Source of the DNA: Octopus sinensis
Lineage: Eukaryota
Length of the DNA stretch: 64,000 bases
Reading direction: 5' to 3'
Assembly (NCBI RefSeq): GCF_006345805.1
Contig: NC_043003.1
Coordinates: 31,000,001-31,064,000 of the forward strand
A program made the position numbers and the translations under genes. This document shows positions 39,061 to 52,469 of this stretch, in pieces (the first letter of the stretch is position 1; each line of letters opens with the position of its first letter). The notes beneath the pieces are model-generated. The model did not search any database, was not told where the DNA came from, and saw nothing but the letters and a program-made list of their open reading frames with translations.

Positions 39061-40134
39061 AATAATGTAAGTCAACTGTGTTTTTCATCTATCCAGGGGT
39101 TGATGAAAATAAAGTACCAGTCAAGTACTGGGGACAATAACATCAATCAACTCAATTCCTTTAAAATTTCTGGTATTGCATTTAAATTTGAAGCAATTTA
39201 CTGTGGGTGCATGTTAATTTGAAACAAAAAAAAAAAAGCAAAAAACAAAATCAAGACCTTATCTTTTATTCAGTCTCTGATGGTTAAGCTACACAAAACC
39301 TGATAGCATTTAGCATTCAGAATTGTTTTTCTTTTTTGTTTATTTGCTGACTTAGCCAGAGGAATCAAGGCAATGCTCATGATTACATTGTTTCAGGAAT
39401 TCCAAGACTATTTGAGGAAGTTATCTTCAGACCACAGATCTAACTTGAATACTTGCAATAGAGTAAGATACCCAAAAGACATTTGGCTGCAAAAACTGTT
39501 CTACAGGCAATAATTTTTGGTTTTCATTTTTGCATAGAAAAAATTCATTTTCATTTATCATATAGAAAAGGAAGGTGGCAAGCTGGTGGAATTGTGAGCA
39601 ACTTGGACAAAATGCTTGGTGATGTTTCTTTCAGCTCTTTTTGTTACAGGTTCAAATTCTGTCACGGTTGACTTTGCCACTGAAACTGGGGTTGATATAA
39701 TCAACTTACTCCATTCCTTAAAATATATATATATATATATATGACTGGCTTCTCAAGGTGTCACACAGTGGAGCTGAACCAGAAACCTTGTTGCTCTAAA
39801 GTGAACACCTTAATTACACAGCCATCTCCATGCTAAGTACATTAAAATAAATATCCTTTGAATTTTTGTATGTTTTGCAAGTGATTTCAAGGTTTATATA
39901 ACAATGGGTATAAAAGTGCATGTCATCACCCAGGAAGCAAAAAGTTTACTCCAGTTACATGTGATATTTGAGAGTAGGGCGAAGAGAGAAGAGTGATGTC
40001 AGGGCAGTGGGAAAGAGAGATATATAGAGAGAGGTGTGAAGAGCCGTGGGGAAGTGAGATGAGATAAAGATGGGGAGATCACTTTTAAAGCATGTGGTCG
40101 TGTGTATGCATGTATGCATATAAGTACATATATG

Positions 40135-40755
40135 TGTAGTGGGTATGATTCTTGGCCACTACTTCTGGTCTGATCTGAGGGTAGCCCTTAAAAGGACGGT
40201 TATCGCAATTAGATCCGATCCAAGAATAGTCCTAAAAAGGACTGTTATCGCAATTAGATCGGATCTGAGAGTAGTCCTAAAAAGGACGGTTATCGTAATT
40301 AGATCGGATCTGAGAGTAGTCCTAAAAAGGACTGTTATCGCATTCAGATCAGACTTGAATTAGCCCTGAAAAGGACTGTGGTCGTAATCAGCAAAACTGG
40401 ACAGACGAAAGCAGTAGTTGAAATGACGAGCAGACAAGAGGTGTAAGTTTATACAGCGATTTATTTCAGGTGTGAAATAGCAGTACAAAGGTTCGAAGTG
40501 GCGAGCGTGGCAGGCGAGAGGGACACGATTTACATCCGTCGAGTGCCAAAAATCCAACTGCCTTTACAGCGATTTATGATGTCTATTTATACAAAAATAT
40601 CAGCAGTGATGTTTAGCCAGTGTCCAATAGAATGGCAGGTAGGTAGCTTTTGGCATGAAAGGTCAGGCAAGTCGCTGGGGGTAGTTGCTTTGTTTTCTCT
40701 GGTGATGGCAGATGTATTTCCGGTGTCCGTGCAAGTTACTTCCGGTGACTGTACA
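40135..40755. mobile_element. Probable solo LTR (621 bp) with an internal 45-bp tandem repeat
   Basis: TGTA...TACA termini, 4-bp TSD TATG (40131-40134 / 40756-40759), AATAAA on the minus strand at ~40455, 'gatctgagagtagtcctaaaaaggacggttatcgcaattagatcg' x~5 at 40170-40390. Confidence 0.7.
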
Positions 40756-40902
40756 TATGTGTGTGCGTATCATCATCATCATCATCATCATTTAGCGTCT
40801 ACTTTCTATGCTGGAATGGGTTAGACAGTTTGACTGGAACTGGTAAGCTGGAGAGCTGTACCAGGTTCCAATCTGATTTGGCAAGGTTTCTATGGCTGGA
40901 TG

Positions 40903-40948
<46 letters not shown>

Positions 40949-41589
40949 AATGCTGGGCAGTGGGTGCATGCAGAATATTAGCTATCTTAAATTTTACCTG
41001 TTTCAGTCATAGACTGTGGCCATGGTGGGGAACTACTTTGGAAGGATTTTAGGTGAATGAATCAACCCCAGTACTTACTTTTAACCTTGATACTTATTCT
41101 AGCAGCCTCTTTTGCTGAACAGCTAAGTTATGGAGACATAAACAAACCAGTATCAGTTGTCAAGTGGTTGTTGGAAGACAAACACAATTTTATACACACA
41201 CATAGACACATGCACACACACAATGGCAGTACCCCAGCATGGCCACAGCTCTTGAGCTGAAACTAGCAAAAGAGTATATATTTATACTATATATATATAT
41301 ATATTTATATATACACGCACACACACAATGGGATTCATTCAGTTTCTGTCTACCAAGTCCACTTATAAGGCTTTATTCAGCCCAGAGCTATAGTAGAAGA
41401 CATTTGCCCTAAGTGTGACACAGTGGGACTGAACTGGAATGGTGTGGTTGGGAAGCAAACTTCTTACCTCACAGTCACACCTGCTAATTCCTCATTCATG
41501 GTGAGGGAAGTACCGATGGCAGAAGAGCCCAACCAGCTTGCTAATATATACTTGTGTTCAAGAGGGAAGGAGAAAAGAAATTCAATTTT

Positions 41590-41900
41590 AAAGTTCAGGT
41601 AGGCCCTTGTGTGGAATGAGCTTTTCAGTATAATTCTTTACTCTGCTCAACAGAGTCTCTACTTCTGTCAAGGGAAGGTCTGTACTTTTCCATCAGTCTT
41701 TATTTGATGTTATATTGTGCAGTGTTTTCTTTCAACAGCCATATGTGTTTTGCTAGCTTTGTGATGTTCAATATTTATACCAGATTTCTTCCAACCACCC
41801 TGCATTCTATTAAACTCTTTTGCCTCACTCCAGATTTCACTTCAGAATGACTCTGTATCTTTCTGGGAAGGAGCTTCAGTGACATTTACTGTTTGTCCCC
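41590..41900 (-). mobile_element. Ancient R4/Dong-like LINE fragment
   Basis: Frameshifted EAPSQKDTESF*SEIWSEAK.EFNR.AGWLEEI resembles the pre-RT region of R4-type ORFs. Confidence 0.4.
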
Positions 41901-42010
41901 TTTTGTCTTTGTTGATAGCTTATTGGTTTCAATTGAATTTCATGTCAATTATTTTATTTTCACCTACTCTCTTCTCATCCCAAAGTTTTTCACTGAGGGC
42001 ATTTAGTTTT

Positions 42011-42230
42011 ATGAATGAATGAATGAATGAATGAATGAATGTATGTATGTATGTATGTATGTATGTATGTATGTATGTATGTATGTATGTATGTATGTAT
42101 GTATGTATGTATGTATGTATGTATGTATGTATGTATGTATGTATGTATGTATGTATGTACGTATGTACGTACGTACGTACGTACGTACGTACGTACGTAC
42201 GTACGTACGTACGTACGTACGTACGTATGT
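42011..42230. repeat. Compound tetranucleotide repeat (GAAT)n-(GTAT)n-(GTAC)n
   Basis: Direct reading. Confidence 0.97.
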
Positions 42231-42241
42231 ACGCACATATA

Positions 42242-42445
42242 CACAAGGGGTTGCTGGAAAGTTCCTGGTTTTAAGGTTATCGTGAAAGGCCTGGTTGGAG
42301 GCCCAACCTTCAGAGTAATTTTACAGGACCTAGAAGAACTGAAGGACTGCTGCAATAAGTGAGTGAATTGGAGAAAATCATACTTAGCTGACCCTCCTGT
42401 ATTTTCTTTTACCCAAATCCAGGAATGTTCCAGCATCCCCTCATA
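42242..42445. mobile_element. Mariner-type MITE (~200 bp)
   Basis: TIRs caaggggttgctggaaagttcctgg / ccaggaatgttccagcatcccctca, TA flank on the right. Confidence 0.65.
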
Positions 42446-42659
42446 TGTATATCATTGATCGGTTTTATTTCAAGATTTCTTGCCAATAGAGAAAGAGCCG
42501 CTTTCTAATCTAAATCCAAGGCTCCTTCATTGGAATTTAAACATCAACAACAGGGTGGGTAGGTATGTATGTATGTATGTATGTATGTATGTATGTATGT
42601 ATGTATGTGCAGATTTGTATGTATTCTCATGCATATAGTTGCATAAATAGACATGCTCA

Positions 42660-44875
42660 TATATATTTAAATGATAAACCTCTGGAAAGTTTTACAGATT
42701 ATATTAGTTTCAGTGATGGATTGGATCTGTAGTCCTCGAATTACCTTTCTCCTTTCTGGTTTTGAGAAGCCTAATTTTTCAAGATTGGTATTTAGACAGT
42801 GTGTTATATATCCCAGGGCCCCAATAATTACAAGTATAAACCTGAACTTGTAATTTGGATAGAGTAACTGCAGATTTTTCAATAGTTCAGCATAGGTGTT
42901 CTCTTTTTCACTGATCTTCAGCTTTATGTTAACATCAGCTGAGCAGCTAATTTCCACAACTGAGCACAGTTTCTCTTCTCTATCTCAAATCATTATATCA
43001 GGTTTGTTGTGCTTACATTTTATTGAAGTCTTTGCTGGGACATTCCACCAGTACTCCTTTTTATTATGAGTGTCTATAGCTTCTACCATACTGTAGGTTC
43101 TTACTTCTTTGTCCTTGGGGTTATCTTTCTAATGGATTTCATTATAGAGTGTATTTCATCATATCCATGCATAGTCTTCTGCTCATATAGGCTCATCTTA
43201 TCTGATGTTACATTGCAGTAGATTTGTGCAACTTCTTTGGGCATGTATTCTAGGTTATCAGACAAAGAATGTTGCTCTAGCAGCTGCCTTCCAAGTCTTA
43301 TGATGTTATCAGCCTCATGTATGCAAACTTGGTCAAGGGATGCATTTTTAACACTTGGTGGTTAAAAGATGTTGCCAAAGGGATATGATATGACATTCAA
43401 AGGCATTTTGGATCGATGTTAAGCCTCTGCTGCTTTGTTTTTGTTTTAGGTAGAGGTAGTCTACATCATTGTTTATGTGGAGATTGTGTGCTTGTTAGTA
43501 TTTTTCAGGTTTTCACATCAGTGTCTTGGATCTCATCAAGCGTCCAATCAAGCAGCCCAAATATTGGTATGGGTATTGGCACTGCAAACACATTGCAATT
43601 GTAAGATATGCTTTCAACCACCCCTAAATACTTTGAAAATGTTGTAACTAGGTCAAGGCTCTTTTTTATCTCATGCATATTCTTAGCATAAAGTTTTAAG
43701 TTATCCACAAAGAAACAGTGTGTAAATTTGGTATTTCTGTTACCTTGTGAACCAGTGAGATATCCTTTAGACTTCCTTAACATGAATGGTACTCACTTTG
43801 TTGTTTTGGTTTTGTTTACTTTTTGAATGTCATTCATGTATTGCTTTGCAGTAATAGCCAGAGCATATAGACAGACGTTAATCTGCCAGAATGTGGGTTC
43901 ATCACACTGCTGTAAATACACATCACCAATTTTGTTAACAACTTTTAATACCGTATCTGGTGGTTTTCTACTTACTGTGGTAGAGAATACTCTCTCTTCG
44001 AGAGAATACTTCAAAGCCAAAGTTATTTTTCCTCGGAAAATTTCAGTAAGGGCACATTTCATCGGTATGTAATCCTGACTACCACTACTACTACAATAAT
44101 TGTTGTGGTTGTGCTTGCTATTAACCATAGTCGTAGTAGGGGGACAATGTTCAGTTACTTGAGCCAGTAATGAGGTTTGGCTGGCAGGCACTATGGAATC
44201 TATTGGAATGTTGCTAGCTGCCAAACCACGTGATGGTCTTACATCATTTACGTTTTTGCTTTTGCTTAAAGTGTTGGGAAGAAGGTTATTAATCTTCTTC
44301 CTATGTTCTACAAATGTTGCTTGTTGGCGTAGTTGCTTTGCAGTAAAATGATTTAATTCTGGATGTAGTTCATCCCAATATGACTTCAGTCAATTCTTAT
44401 AGCTAACAGTAGGGTTTTGTTTCACTTTTTTTTTGTAGCAGTTAAATAGATCAATATTCAATTCATAATTCCAAGAGAAACAAGTTTTGTAATTACGGTT
44501 TCTTTTATAGCTACAATTTAAACACCATTAAACATACATGCTCATGCACTTATTAATGATTAATTCGTTAGCCAGCATTGCTGAGTTGAAATCTTCATAT
44601 CCTCATAAGAGCTACTTGAAGACAGTGTCTTCTGATGAATATACCTCAGTGTCTCTCAGCCTTCTTATTGAATCCAGATTTTTTTCATAACTATATAATG
44701 GCTAAAGTACTATGGTGCACCTTATATTTAAGAAAGCCTTTCATTAGTTGAAAACCAATATGTTTCTAGGCATACTTTCTTTCTTGCTTTCAATCATACC
44801 TTATCTTCCATTTTCCTTATTCTTGTGTTTCTTATTAATCTTTGCTTCTATTCTTTGAGTCAGGTTATTCTTATC
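42660..44875 (-). mobile_element. Decayed, internally deleted R4/Dong-type LINE
   Basis: RT remnant FTHCFFVDNLKLYAKN...KYLGV (43505-43783); RLE C-terminus EISCSADVNIKLKISEKENTY...VIIGALG (42667-42957); N-terminal part 43793-44224. Confidence 0.8.
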
Positions 44876-45408
44876 GGAATGCTCTGCTAAAGAACCTCCC
44901 TGTACCTGTACCTCTTGCCGCATCTAAGACCACGGATTCTGCTACCCGTGAAGTTATTGTCATTGGGGTGCCAGAAGACATGGCTGATCTTCAGGCATTT
45001 GCTGCCAACTCAGCCAAAGACCTAGGCTGCGTTCCCCCAACAGGTGCTCTCCGCCTTGGACGACCTGGCCCAAAACCCAGGCTCATCAAGCTGTCTTTTC
45101 CAGACCACGCTGAGGCAACCGCATACCATCAGGCCTCAGTTAAAGCTGGGCGTGAAAATCGGACGACCCTCCGAACACGCCCAGGCTTACCATCCGATGT
45201 ACGTCCGAAGCTACGTGTAGCGGCTTCCCTGAACCGGAACTCAGCTCTACAGGAAAGCTTCAGTCTTCGTGAAGATGGACAAATCTGGAGATTTGTTAAG
45301 ACGGGTGAAACGTGGAAGAGAGATAACAGCTGGTCTGAGTGCTCTCTACCCACAATGACTGACACTGAAAAAAAAACTAAAAAAACTACAGCAACTCAGG
45401 GAAACTAA
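44876..45408 (+). CDS. CR1 ORF1 C-terminal portion (5'-truncated)
   Basis: EVIVIGVPED...LRLGRPGPKPRLIKLSF is typical of CR1/L2 ORF1 RRM-like regions; stop directly before ORF2. Confidence 0.6.
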
Positions 45409-45410
45409 AC

Positions 45411-48229
45411 TTGAACAACCTGCCATCCTCTACACACCATCATAAACTGCAAGCAGGGTACAAATTGTTGTCCTTAAATGCTCGCAGTTTGTGCAACAAA
45501 ATTCATTTGTTCAACGCCTACGTTGGAAGTATTGACCCTGACTTCATCACTGTCATGGAAACATGGGCGCATTCCTTACTCTGTGATGGGGTTTTCAACA
45601 TCACTGGGTACAACCTCTTCCGCAAGGACTGCATTAACCGCCGTGGTGGTGGTGTGATGGTCTACGTTCGTTCAAATTTTTCAGTAATTCCTTGTGCCGA
45701 TTTGAACGAATCACAAGAAGAAGTTTTTTCTGTGATGTACGTATGACCATGTCAACACTCCTGCTTGGTGTTGTTTATCGTCCCCCAAATTACCATCGGG
45801 ACACACAGCTTTGCGATATCCTCCGAGCTGCTGCCAGGAAAACAGCCACTTATGTTTTCATTGCAGGCGATTTCAATCATCCTGAGATCAATTGGGAAAC
45901 CTTCCATTGGCCACAGAGTGCAAACGATTTTGTTGAGCTTGTACTGGACTCAAACTGGTCACAAGTAGTCACCTCTCCAACAAGAGGCGACAACACCTTG
46001 GACCTGCTCTTCACCACAACTCCTGAAGCGGTTATCAATTGCACTACGGAGGAACCTCTAGGTGACTCTGATCATGCTATGATCATCGCCAATCTGGCTC
46101 TTGCGGGCAACAAAAACCTGAACCATCTCCTAACTGCTTCCTTCGATTGGAAGAGAGCAGATTGGAACCTGTACCACACTGAACTACAGCACCCAAACTG
46201 GCGTGAATTCTACAACTCTGGAGATGTGAATACTATACTCCAGAGTATCCTGGACTCAATATGGGCAGCATGTGCAGCATCAGTGCCATGTAAACAGAAA
46301 AAGAAGAACCGTCCCAAAAGTGCAATTTGGGAAACTTCAGCGGTCCGACTTGCCAGGAAGGAACATCGAACTGCCGAACGGGATTACAAGTTGCATAAAT
46401 CAGACACCAACAGGAAGAAGCGGAATAAATCTTCCAACCATCTCAAGCAAGTGACAAAAAAAGCAGTGCTTGAATTTGAACAGTGCATAGCAGCCAATCC
46501 TGACAGCAAGGTTTTCTGGAAATATGTGCATTCGAAGCAGAGACCTCACTCTCCAGTGGGCCCTCTTCGCAACCCTCACACAAACCAGATCACTGACGAC
46601 CCCAAGGAATGCGCAGAACTCATTGCCGAGTGCTATGCAAACATATTCACTGTTGAAAGTCAAAATGTACCATCTTCACCATCTCTAACAGCAAATTCCA
46701 TAACAACTATGGAATTTACACCTGCAATGCTGCGACGGCACCTTCAAAATAAGCGCAACTATGCCTCCCCTGGTCTTGATGGAGTTACATACCTGCTTCT
46801 CAAACGTGGCAGGTACTTCCTTTTACACCAGCTCTCTACTTTCTTCCAGTACTGTCTCAACAATGGTGCTACTCCGGAACAGTGGAAAACTGCCAGTGTC
46901 ATTCCTCTGTTCAAGAAGGGCGACCGCACATCACCTGTCAACTATCGCCCAGTCAGTCTCACTAGCTGTATTGCGAAACTGATGGAATCGTGTGTCAGAG
47001 AAACACTTTGGAACTTCTGGAGCTCACACAGTCTCATCCGACCCTCACAATATGGATTTGTCCCTAACTCCAGCTGCAGTGATCAGCTTGTCGAGTTCCT
47101 TGAGGACATTACTCAGATCACTGACAGTGGCTCATGGGTGGATGTTGTCTACCTTGACTTTGCTAAGGCTTTCAACTCTGTGCCACACAAAAGGCTTATG
47201 GTGAAACTCTCTGCAATGGGTGTGAGGGATGACTTTTTTAACTGGTTGAAGTCCTTCATTCTCAACCGAAAGGAGGTAGTCACAGTTCTAGGACAGCATT
47301 CTACACCATATGAGATGTCATCGGGTTGTACCACAGGGATCTGTCCTTGGTCCCCTCTTGTTTGTGGCATACATTAATGACATAGATGCAAATTTAAAGA
47401 AGCCACAGTATTAAAATATGCAGACGACATCAAGCTGTACCTTGAAATCAAGAGGACAGATCCTGTTGTCTACAGCTCTTTCCTGCAATCAGACCTGGAC
47501 ACAATGCAGCAATGGATCACAGACTGGCAACTGAAACTGGCTGTGGACAAGTGTACCACCATGCATTTTGGGAGAAAAAACCCTGCGTCCACATACTCCC
47601 TCCACAACTCTGATATCAAGAAATCCTCTTGCAAGCGTGACCTAGGCATCACACTGTCAGCAGTGATTTGCGTTGGACAAGCATATCTCTAAAATTGTCA
47701 AGAAGGCCGAGGGTGTCTTGGCATCACTCAGCAAGACTTTTGTTAGCCGCTCTCCAGCCATCTATTTAAAACTGTATACAGCTATGGTATGACCACACTT
47801 GGAATTCGCATCATCAGTTTGGAACCCCTATCTTGCTCAGAACATTGACCTCCTGGAATCTGTTCAGAGACGTGCAACCAACGCATACCCTCCATCAGAC
47901 ACCTACCATATTCTGAGCGCCTTGTTTCCCTGGGCATGGATTCACTGAAGCTCCGGCGTCTGGCGACGGACTTGGTAAACGCCCACAAAGTTGTCAACCA
48001 CCTCACCAATAACAATACTGAACACCTTTTTGATCTCCATGTGTCTAACACACGTGGACATGCCTACAAAGTCAGAAAACAACACAGCTCCCATGACTTT
48101 CGGAAACATTTCTTCACACTCAGAGTTGCTGAAGCATGGAATAAACTGCCTGCGTCAGTTGTTGACTGCCATGACACTGCATCCTTTAAGGCCCTCATGC
48201 TTTCCGAAATCCGTCGAAACTACACCTGA
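45411..48229 (+). pseudogene. CR1 ORF2 (APE-RT), nearly intact, with ~4 frameshifts and 1-2 stops
   Basis: ORF-track 45411-45746, 45692-47377, 47504-47692 and 47936-48229 join into one protein ending ...FFTLRVAEAWNKLP. Confidence 0.88.
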
Positions 48230-49135
48230 TTATATATACACTTTCGATGAGTTGTAGTGCACCTGAGCACTGTACACAATGTTTATTATTATTATTATTT
48301 ATCTTGCAGTGCCATAGATAAGAGTTGTAAGCTGGCCAAGATCAGTTAGATGTCAGACTTCTGACCGAAGGGTTCAGGATTTTTATCTTGTTAGTGGTGT
48401 TAACGAGACCTTTATCTCTTGATGACAGAAACCTAGATCGAAGTATATATTTTCAGGCAGATATATTACCGTGCTACGTACTATTGCAGCAGTAGCTACA
48501 ACAGCGATATTGCATATTGAAGAGTTGCATGTAGATTTGGTTTATACTAGAAACATTGGAATTTCACACACACACTATTTAATGTCAAAGGTGTTGTAAC
48601 CACAATGAAATTTAATTGACAGTTGACGAAGGGAATTTATGTGTTTCTCCTACTTTTTTTTTCTTTTTACATCTTTCTGAATAAACTTTATTTCTTCTTG
48701 CAATTCATGCCTTGTTGGAGCTGAACGACTATACGCATTCTTTGGCTTAGCTTATCAGTTACTAACCTGCTCTGTAAATTTTACGCATTCATTTCTTGTT
48801 TTGTCTTATTTTTATGTTGTTCTGTTCAACATTTTGGTGTGTGTATACGTGTGTATGTATATGTACACACACACTTTAAATGAGGAAAGCTGAGTCAAAT
48901 TGCCATCATAACTGTTTCCATAAATGGACCATATCAAACTCTTGCATTCGCAGATTTCGAACTGAAAGACAGGAACCAGTAGTAATATCAACACAACCCT
49001 GATCATTACATCACACTATTAAACATGTAAGTGGTCGTTCATCCTATTAGATATCGCAGCAAAGTTTCTGAAATCAAACTCTTCCCTTGAAAAGAAGCAT
49101 TTGATTATTATCTTACATGCTACAACGACAGGGTA

Positions 49136-49570
49136 GTGGAGGTTCAATGGCCCAGTGGTTAGGGCAGCGGACTCGCAGTCGTAAGAGCACAGTTTCGATT
49201 TCCAGACCAGGTATTGTGAGTGTTTATTGAGCAAAAACACCTAAGCTTTCACCACAACTTTCTCTCACTCTTTCTTCCTACTTCTGCCACAAAGCAGAGG
49301 AACCATTGTGTAACCCACTATGGTGTGGTAAACTTTCAGCCCCTAGTCTAGATTGCGAATCCTTTGTACCCCAGGATGGTTCAGCTCTCCACCCCTGTTT
49401 ACGGAATGAGGATAACAACATAGCTTTTGTGCCCATGCAACTGCCAGTCTATCGCGTGTGGTGGGTGGATCTTCAAGTTGCCACATGCATTTTTAGTAGC
49501 TTAGAGTAGGCTCAAATTAGAGATTATTCTTTGTGGCTAATGTCGTGAGTCCTGATTGGAAGAAGAAGGA
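49136..49570 (+). mobile_element. tRNA-headed SINE family C with short (GAA)n tail
   Basis: Head 'ggaggttcaatggcccagtggttagggcagcggactcgc...gtttcgatt'; body colinear with 59279-59760. Confidence 0.85.
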
Positions 49571-49716
49571 GACAAGGACAGGGTTGTCTCTGGATGGAAT
49601 ATCTTTGAATATAGCTTTACTTGACTTGGCATTAAACAACAAGATCAGATACCCTTCACTTCGTTCACACCAGACTTCCTGATTTCCCCTGTATTTGTTT
49701 TTGTACTTGTTTTCAT

Positions 49717-50137
49717 GGATCTTTCCGGTTTGAACAGCAGTTTTTTCTCGTGGTGTCATATGAAATTGTCACCCATAATTATGACCCTAGTATCGATCTA
49801 TTGCATTTCAATCTGTTTTAGGGTTAGGGTTAGTTAGGGTGGGGGAAGGATATCTTTTTTTCTTCACAAATGTAAATAAACCCAATCTGTTTCTTAAACG
49901 AGGGACATATTCATACGGCACAATGTTTTTTTTTTTACCTCAACAGACGTCACTGATTGGTTGAAATTGCAGAAATTGAAGAAAAAAACAACAAATATCT
50001 TACAAACTATAGAATTTTCTCAATAAAGCCAAGAGAAAAAGATGTTTTATAAACATATTCTACCAGTATACGAAGCTTAAAATTTTTTAGTTACCTAGAA
50101 ATTATGTTGAAAACTGCCGTTCAAACCGAAAAGATCC
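49717..50137. mobile_element. Second copy of the Merlin-like MITE, opposite orientation to 35749
   Basis: TIR ggatctttccggtttgaacagcag / ctgccgttcaaaccgaaaagatcc; 8-bp TSD GTTTTCAT (49709-49716 / 50138-50145). Confidence 0.92.
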
Positions 50138-51352
50138 GTTTTCATTGATGCTGGAGAGATGAAAGAGTTACGTGGGATTAGACGATGCGTAAGTAACCTT
50201 TTTGTAGAAGCATGTCGCACGAGACGTGACTTACCATTAGGTGGGCTGCAAAACTACGAAATTCAAGGTAATTTTTGATTAGGCCAGCTACTCAGAAAGT
50301 TCCTCGGTCCACAGTTTGCCCGTGACCAGTTTTGACATGTTTCTTATTTGTAAGTAATCAAACAATCCAGATGAGTTACCTCCCTTCCATAACAGGAGCG
50401 AGTATATCTTCTTTGACAATGTCAGAGTTATTTCCCTTAGATCAGAACATCTACCTTCATTTTTGACTGAAATCTCTATTAAAATAAAAATTTTAGTTAG
50501 AGGATCGAAGACATACTTCATGTCACTTTGTAGGGCCTCCGAGATTGATGTAATGATGGGAAGAAGAAAGGAAGTTACCTACTGGCCAGAGAGTTGCTTA
50601 GATACAATTCTGTCGCAATTGAATAATAATGGTTTAAAATTTTGGCACAAGACCAGTAATTTTAAGAGTATGGGATAAGTCGATTACCCCAGTACTTGAG
50701 ACTGGTACTTTATTTCATCGATCCTCAAAGGATAAAAAAGCAAAAATGATCTCGTCGTTATTTGAACTCGGAATGTTAAGAACCGATAGAAATGCCGCTA
50801 AGCATTTTGCTTGACGTGTTAACAGTTCTGCCGGCTCGCTGCTTTAATTTCTACTATAGGCACGGGGCCTAAAATGTTGATAGTGGAGGCTATTCGATTA
50901 CATCGACTCCAGTGCTCAATTGGTATATATTTTATTGACCTGAAATGATGCAAGGTAAAGTCGACCACGATGGAATTTCTACTCAGGATGTAAAAGAGTA
51001 ATATTTTTGTAAAATTTTAGAATGGGATTTGAGGGAAACTTAGTTGCTATTTTTAGTAGTAGAAAACTCACTTATAACCTTGCTCATTGATTCGTGTTGT
51101 TACTTAACGATATAACAACTATTCTCTAGGTGTTGTAAAAAATATTTTCTCCGTGGCTGACTGCATCATAGACAACTTGTAAGACGTCTTTGATAATAAG
51201 AACATCAGCCTTTCTTAAAAGGAAGACCTCCCCACTCGCACCTGTTACTTACTTTGGCGACCTCACTTCACTGTTAGAGAGGAAGATTGAAGGCACAGAA
51301 GTGAAACGTAATCGTCACTGTTCGGAGAAGCGAGAAAAGTGGCACACATAAA

Positions 51353-51586
51353 GGCGGCGAGCTGGCAGAAACGTTAGCACGCCGGGCGAAATGCCTTGCG
51401 GTATTTCGTCTGCCGTTACGTTATGAGTTCAAATTTCCGCCGAGGTCGACTTTGCCTTTCATCCTTTTGGGGTCGATTAAATAAGTACTAGTTACGCACT
51501 GGGGTCGATGTAATCGACTTAATCTCTTTGTCTGTCCTTGTTTGTCCCCTCTATGTTTATCCCCTTGTGGGCAATAAAGAAATAAG
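51353..51586 (+). mobile_element. Near-consensus family-A SINE
   Basis: ggcgagctggcagaaacgttagc (A box), gagttcaaatt (B box), CpG-intact core, tail 'gggcaataaagaaataag'. Confidence 0.9.
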
Positions 51587-52119
51587 TAATATATCTAATC
51601 TCACTAACCAAGTATTTGTATATCAAAGATTGGGATTCACAGTCATCGAAAAACTCATAAATGTAGAAAAAAAATAAAGAAAAGGCAACCATAGCTTTTG
51701 CTTATATATATATATATATATATATATATAAGTGGCGTGCAGCGACACACACACACAAGCAGACTTCCCTTATTTCCCCTTCTCTCACGTACATTCTCAT
51801 TCACATCCATACAACTACATAAATATAGAACCAAAATATAGAAGTATGAGTCATTGAAGAGGTCACGAACAGCGATGAAAGGACGTTGACAATACAGTGA
51901 AATAGAACCAGTGTGCGCGTTTATTACTGGCATTATAACTACTCTCCTGAGATAAACTGAGATTTAAATACGGACGTGAATAAAAACAACAAACAAAACT
52001 CTTTGACTTGTGAACTATGTCCTTTAAATATTTGTTCTGCATTGATTTACATATCGTTACAATCAGAAATAAAATGTAACAATTGATACGGTGGAAACAT
52101 AGCCAAAGGGACTTTTTTC

Positions 52120-52469
52120 ATAGAATATTCTGAGACCCCCTTCGGTCACGATACAGACCATGGGATTGCACCTAGAAAGTTACCCTCCCAGGCACAAGTC
52201 CGGACAAGGTTGTATATGGAAGACCAGCAGTCGCCCATGCATATCAGCCTCCCCTCTTCACGCCACCAGTGTTATCCAAGGGAAAGGCAAAGGCTGATAC
52301 AGCTTGGCACCTGTGACGTCACAACCCATTTCTATAGCTGAGTGAACTGGAGCAACGTGAAATAAAGTGTCTTGCTCAAGAACACAACACGCAGCTCGGT
52401 CCGGGATTTGATCTCACATCCTCACGATCGTAAGCTCGACGCTCTAACCACTGAGCCATGCGCCTTCAC
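52120..52469 (-). mobile_element. tRNA-headed CORE-like SINE, family D
   Basis: Minus strand gtgaaggcgcatggctcagtggttagagcgtc...gatcaaatcccgg, then gttcttgagcaagacactttatttcac. Confidence 0.8.

Larger units (their letters stand above)
44876..48298 (+). mobile_element. Young 5'-truncated CR1-clade LINE nested in the R4-type element
   Basis: ORF1 remnant and ORF2 (APE: SLNARSL, ETW, RGGGV, GVVYRPP, GDFN, LDLLFT, SDH; RT: SPGLDG, YRPVSL, QYGF, YLDFAKAF, QGSVLGP, YADDIK), (ATT)n tail, possible TSD TTATC (44871-44875 / 48299-48303). Confidence 0.92.

Noticed and set aside
39409-39476. Exon-like island (gtttcag|EFQDYLRKLSSDHRSNLNTCNR|gtaaga)
   Set aside because: Good splice signals but no homology and no partner exon; compatible with chance.
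49136-49215. Genuine tRNA genes (also 52400-52469 and 59279-59355)
   Set aside because: tRNA-like heads continue directly into SINE bodies and lack a complete acceptor stem and terminator.
51255-51320. acuuc...gaagu GAAAC GUA resembling a hammerhead 3' half
   Set aside because: No CUGANGA core upstream of the stem.
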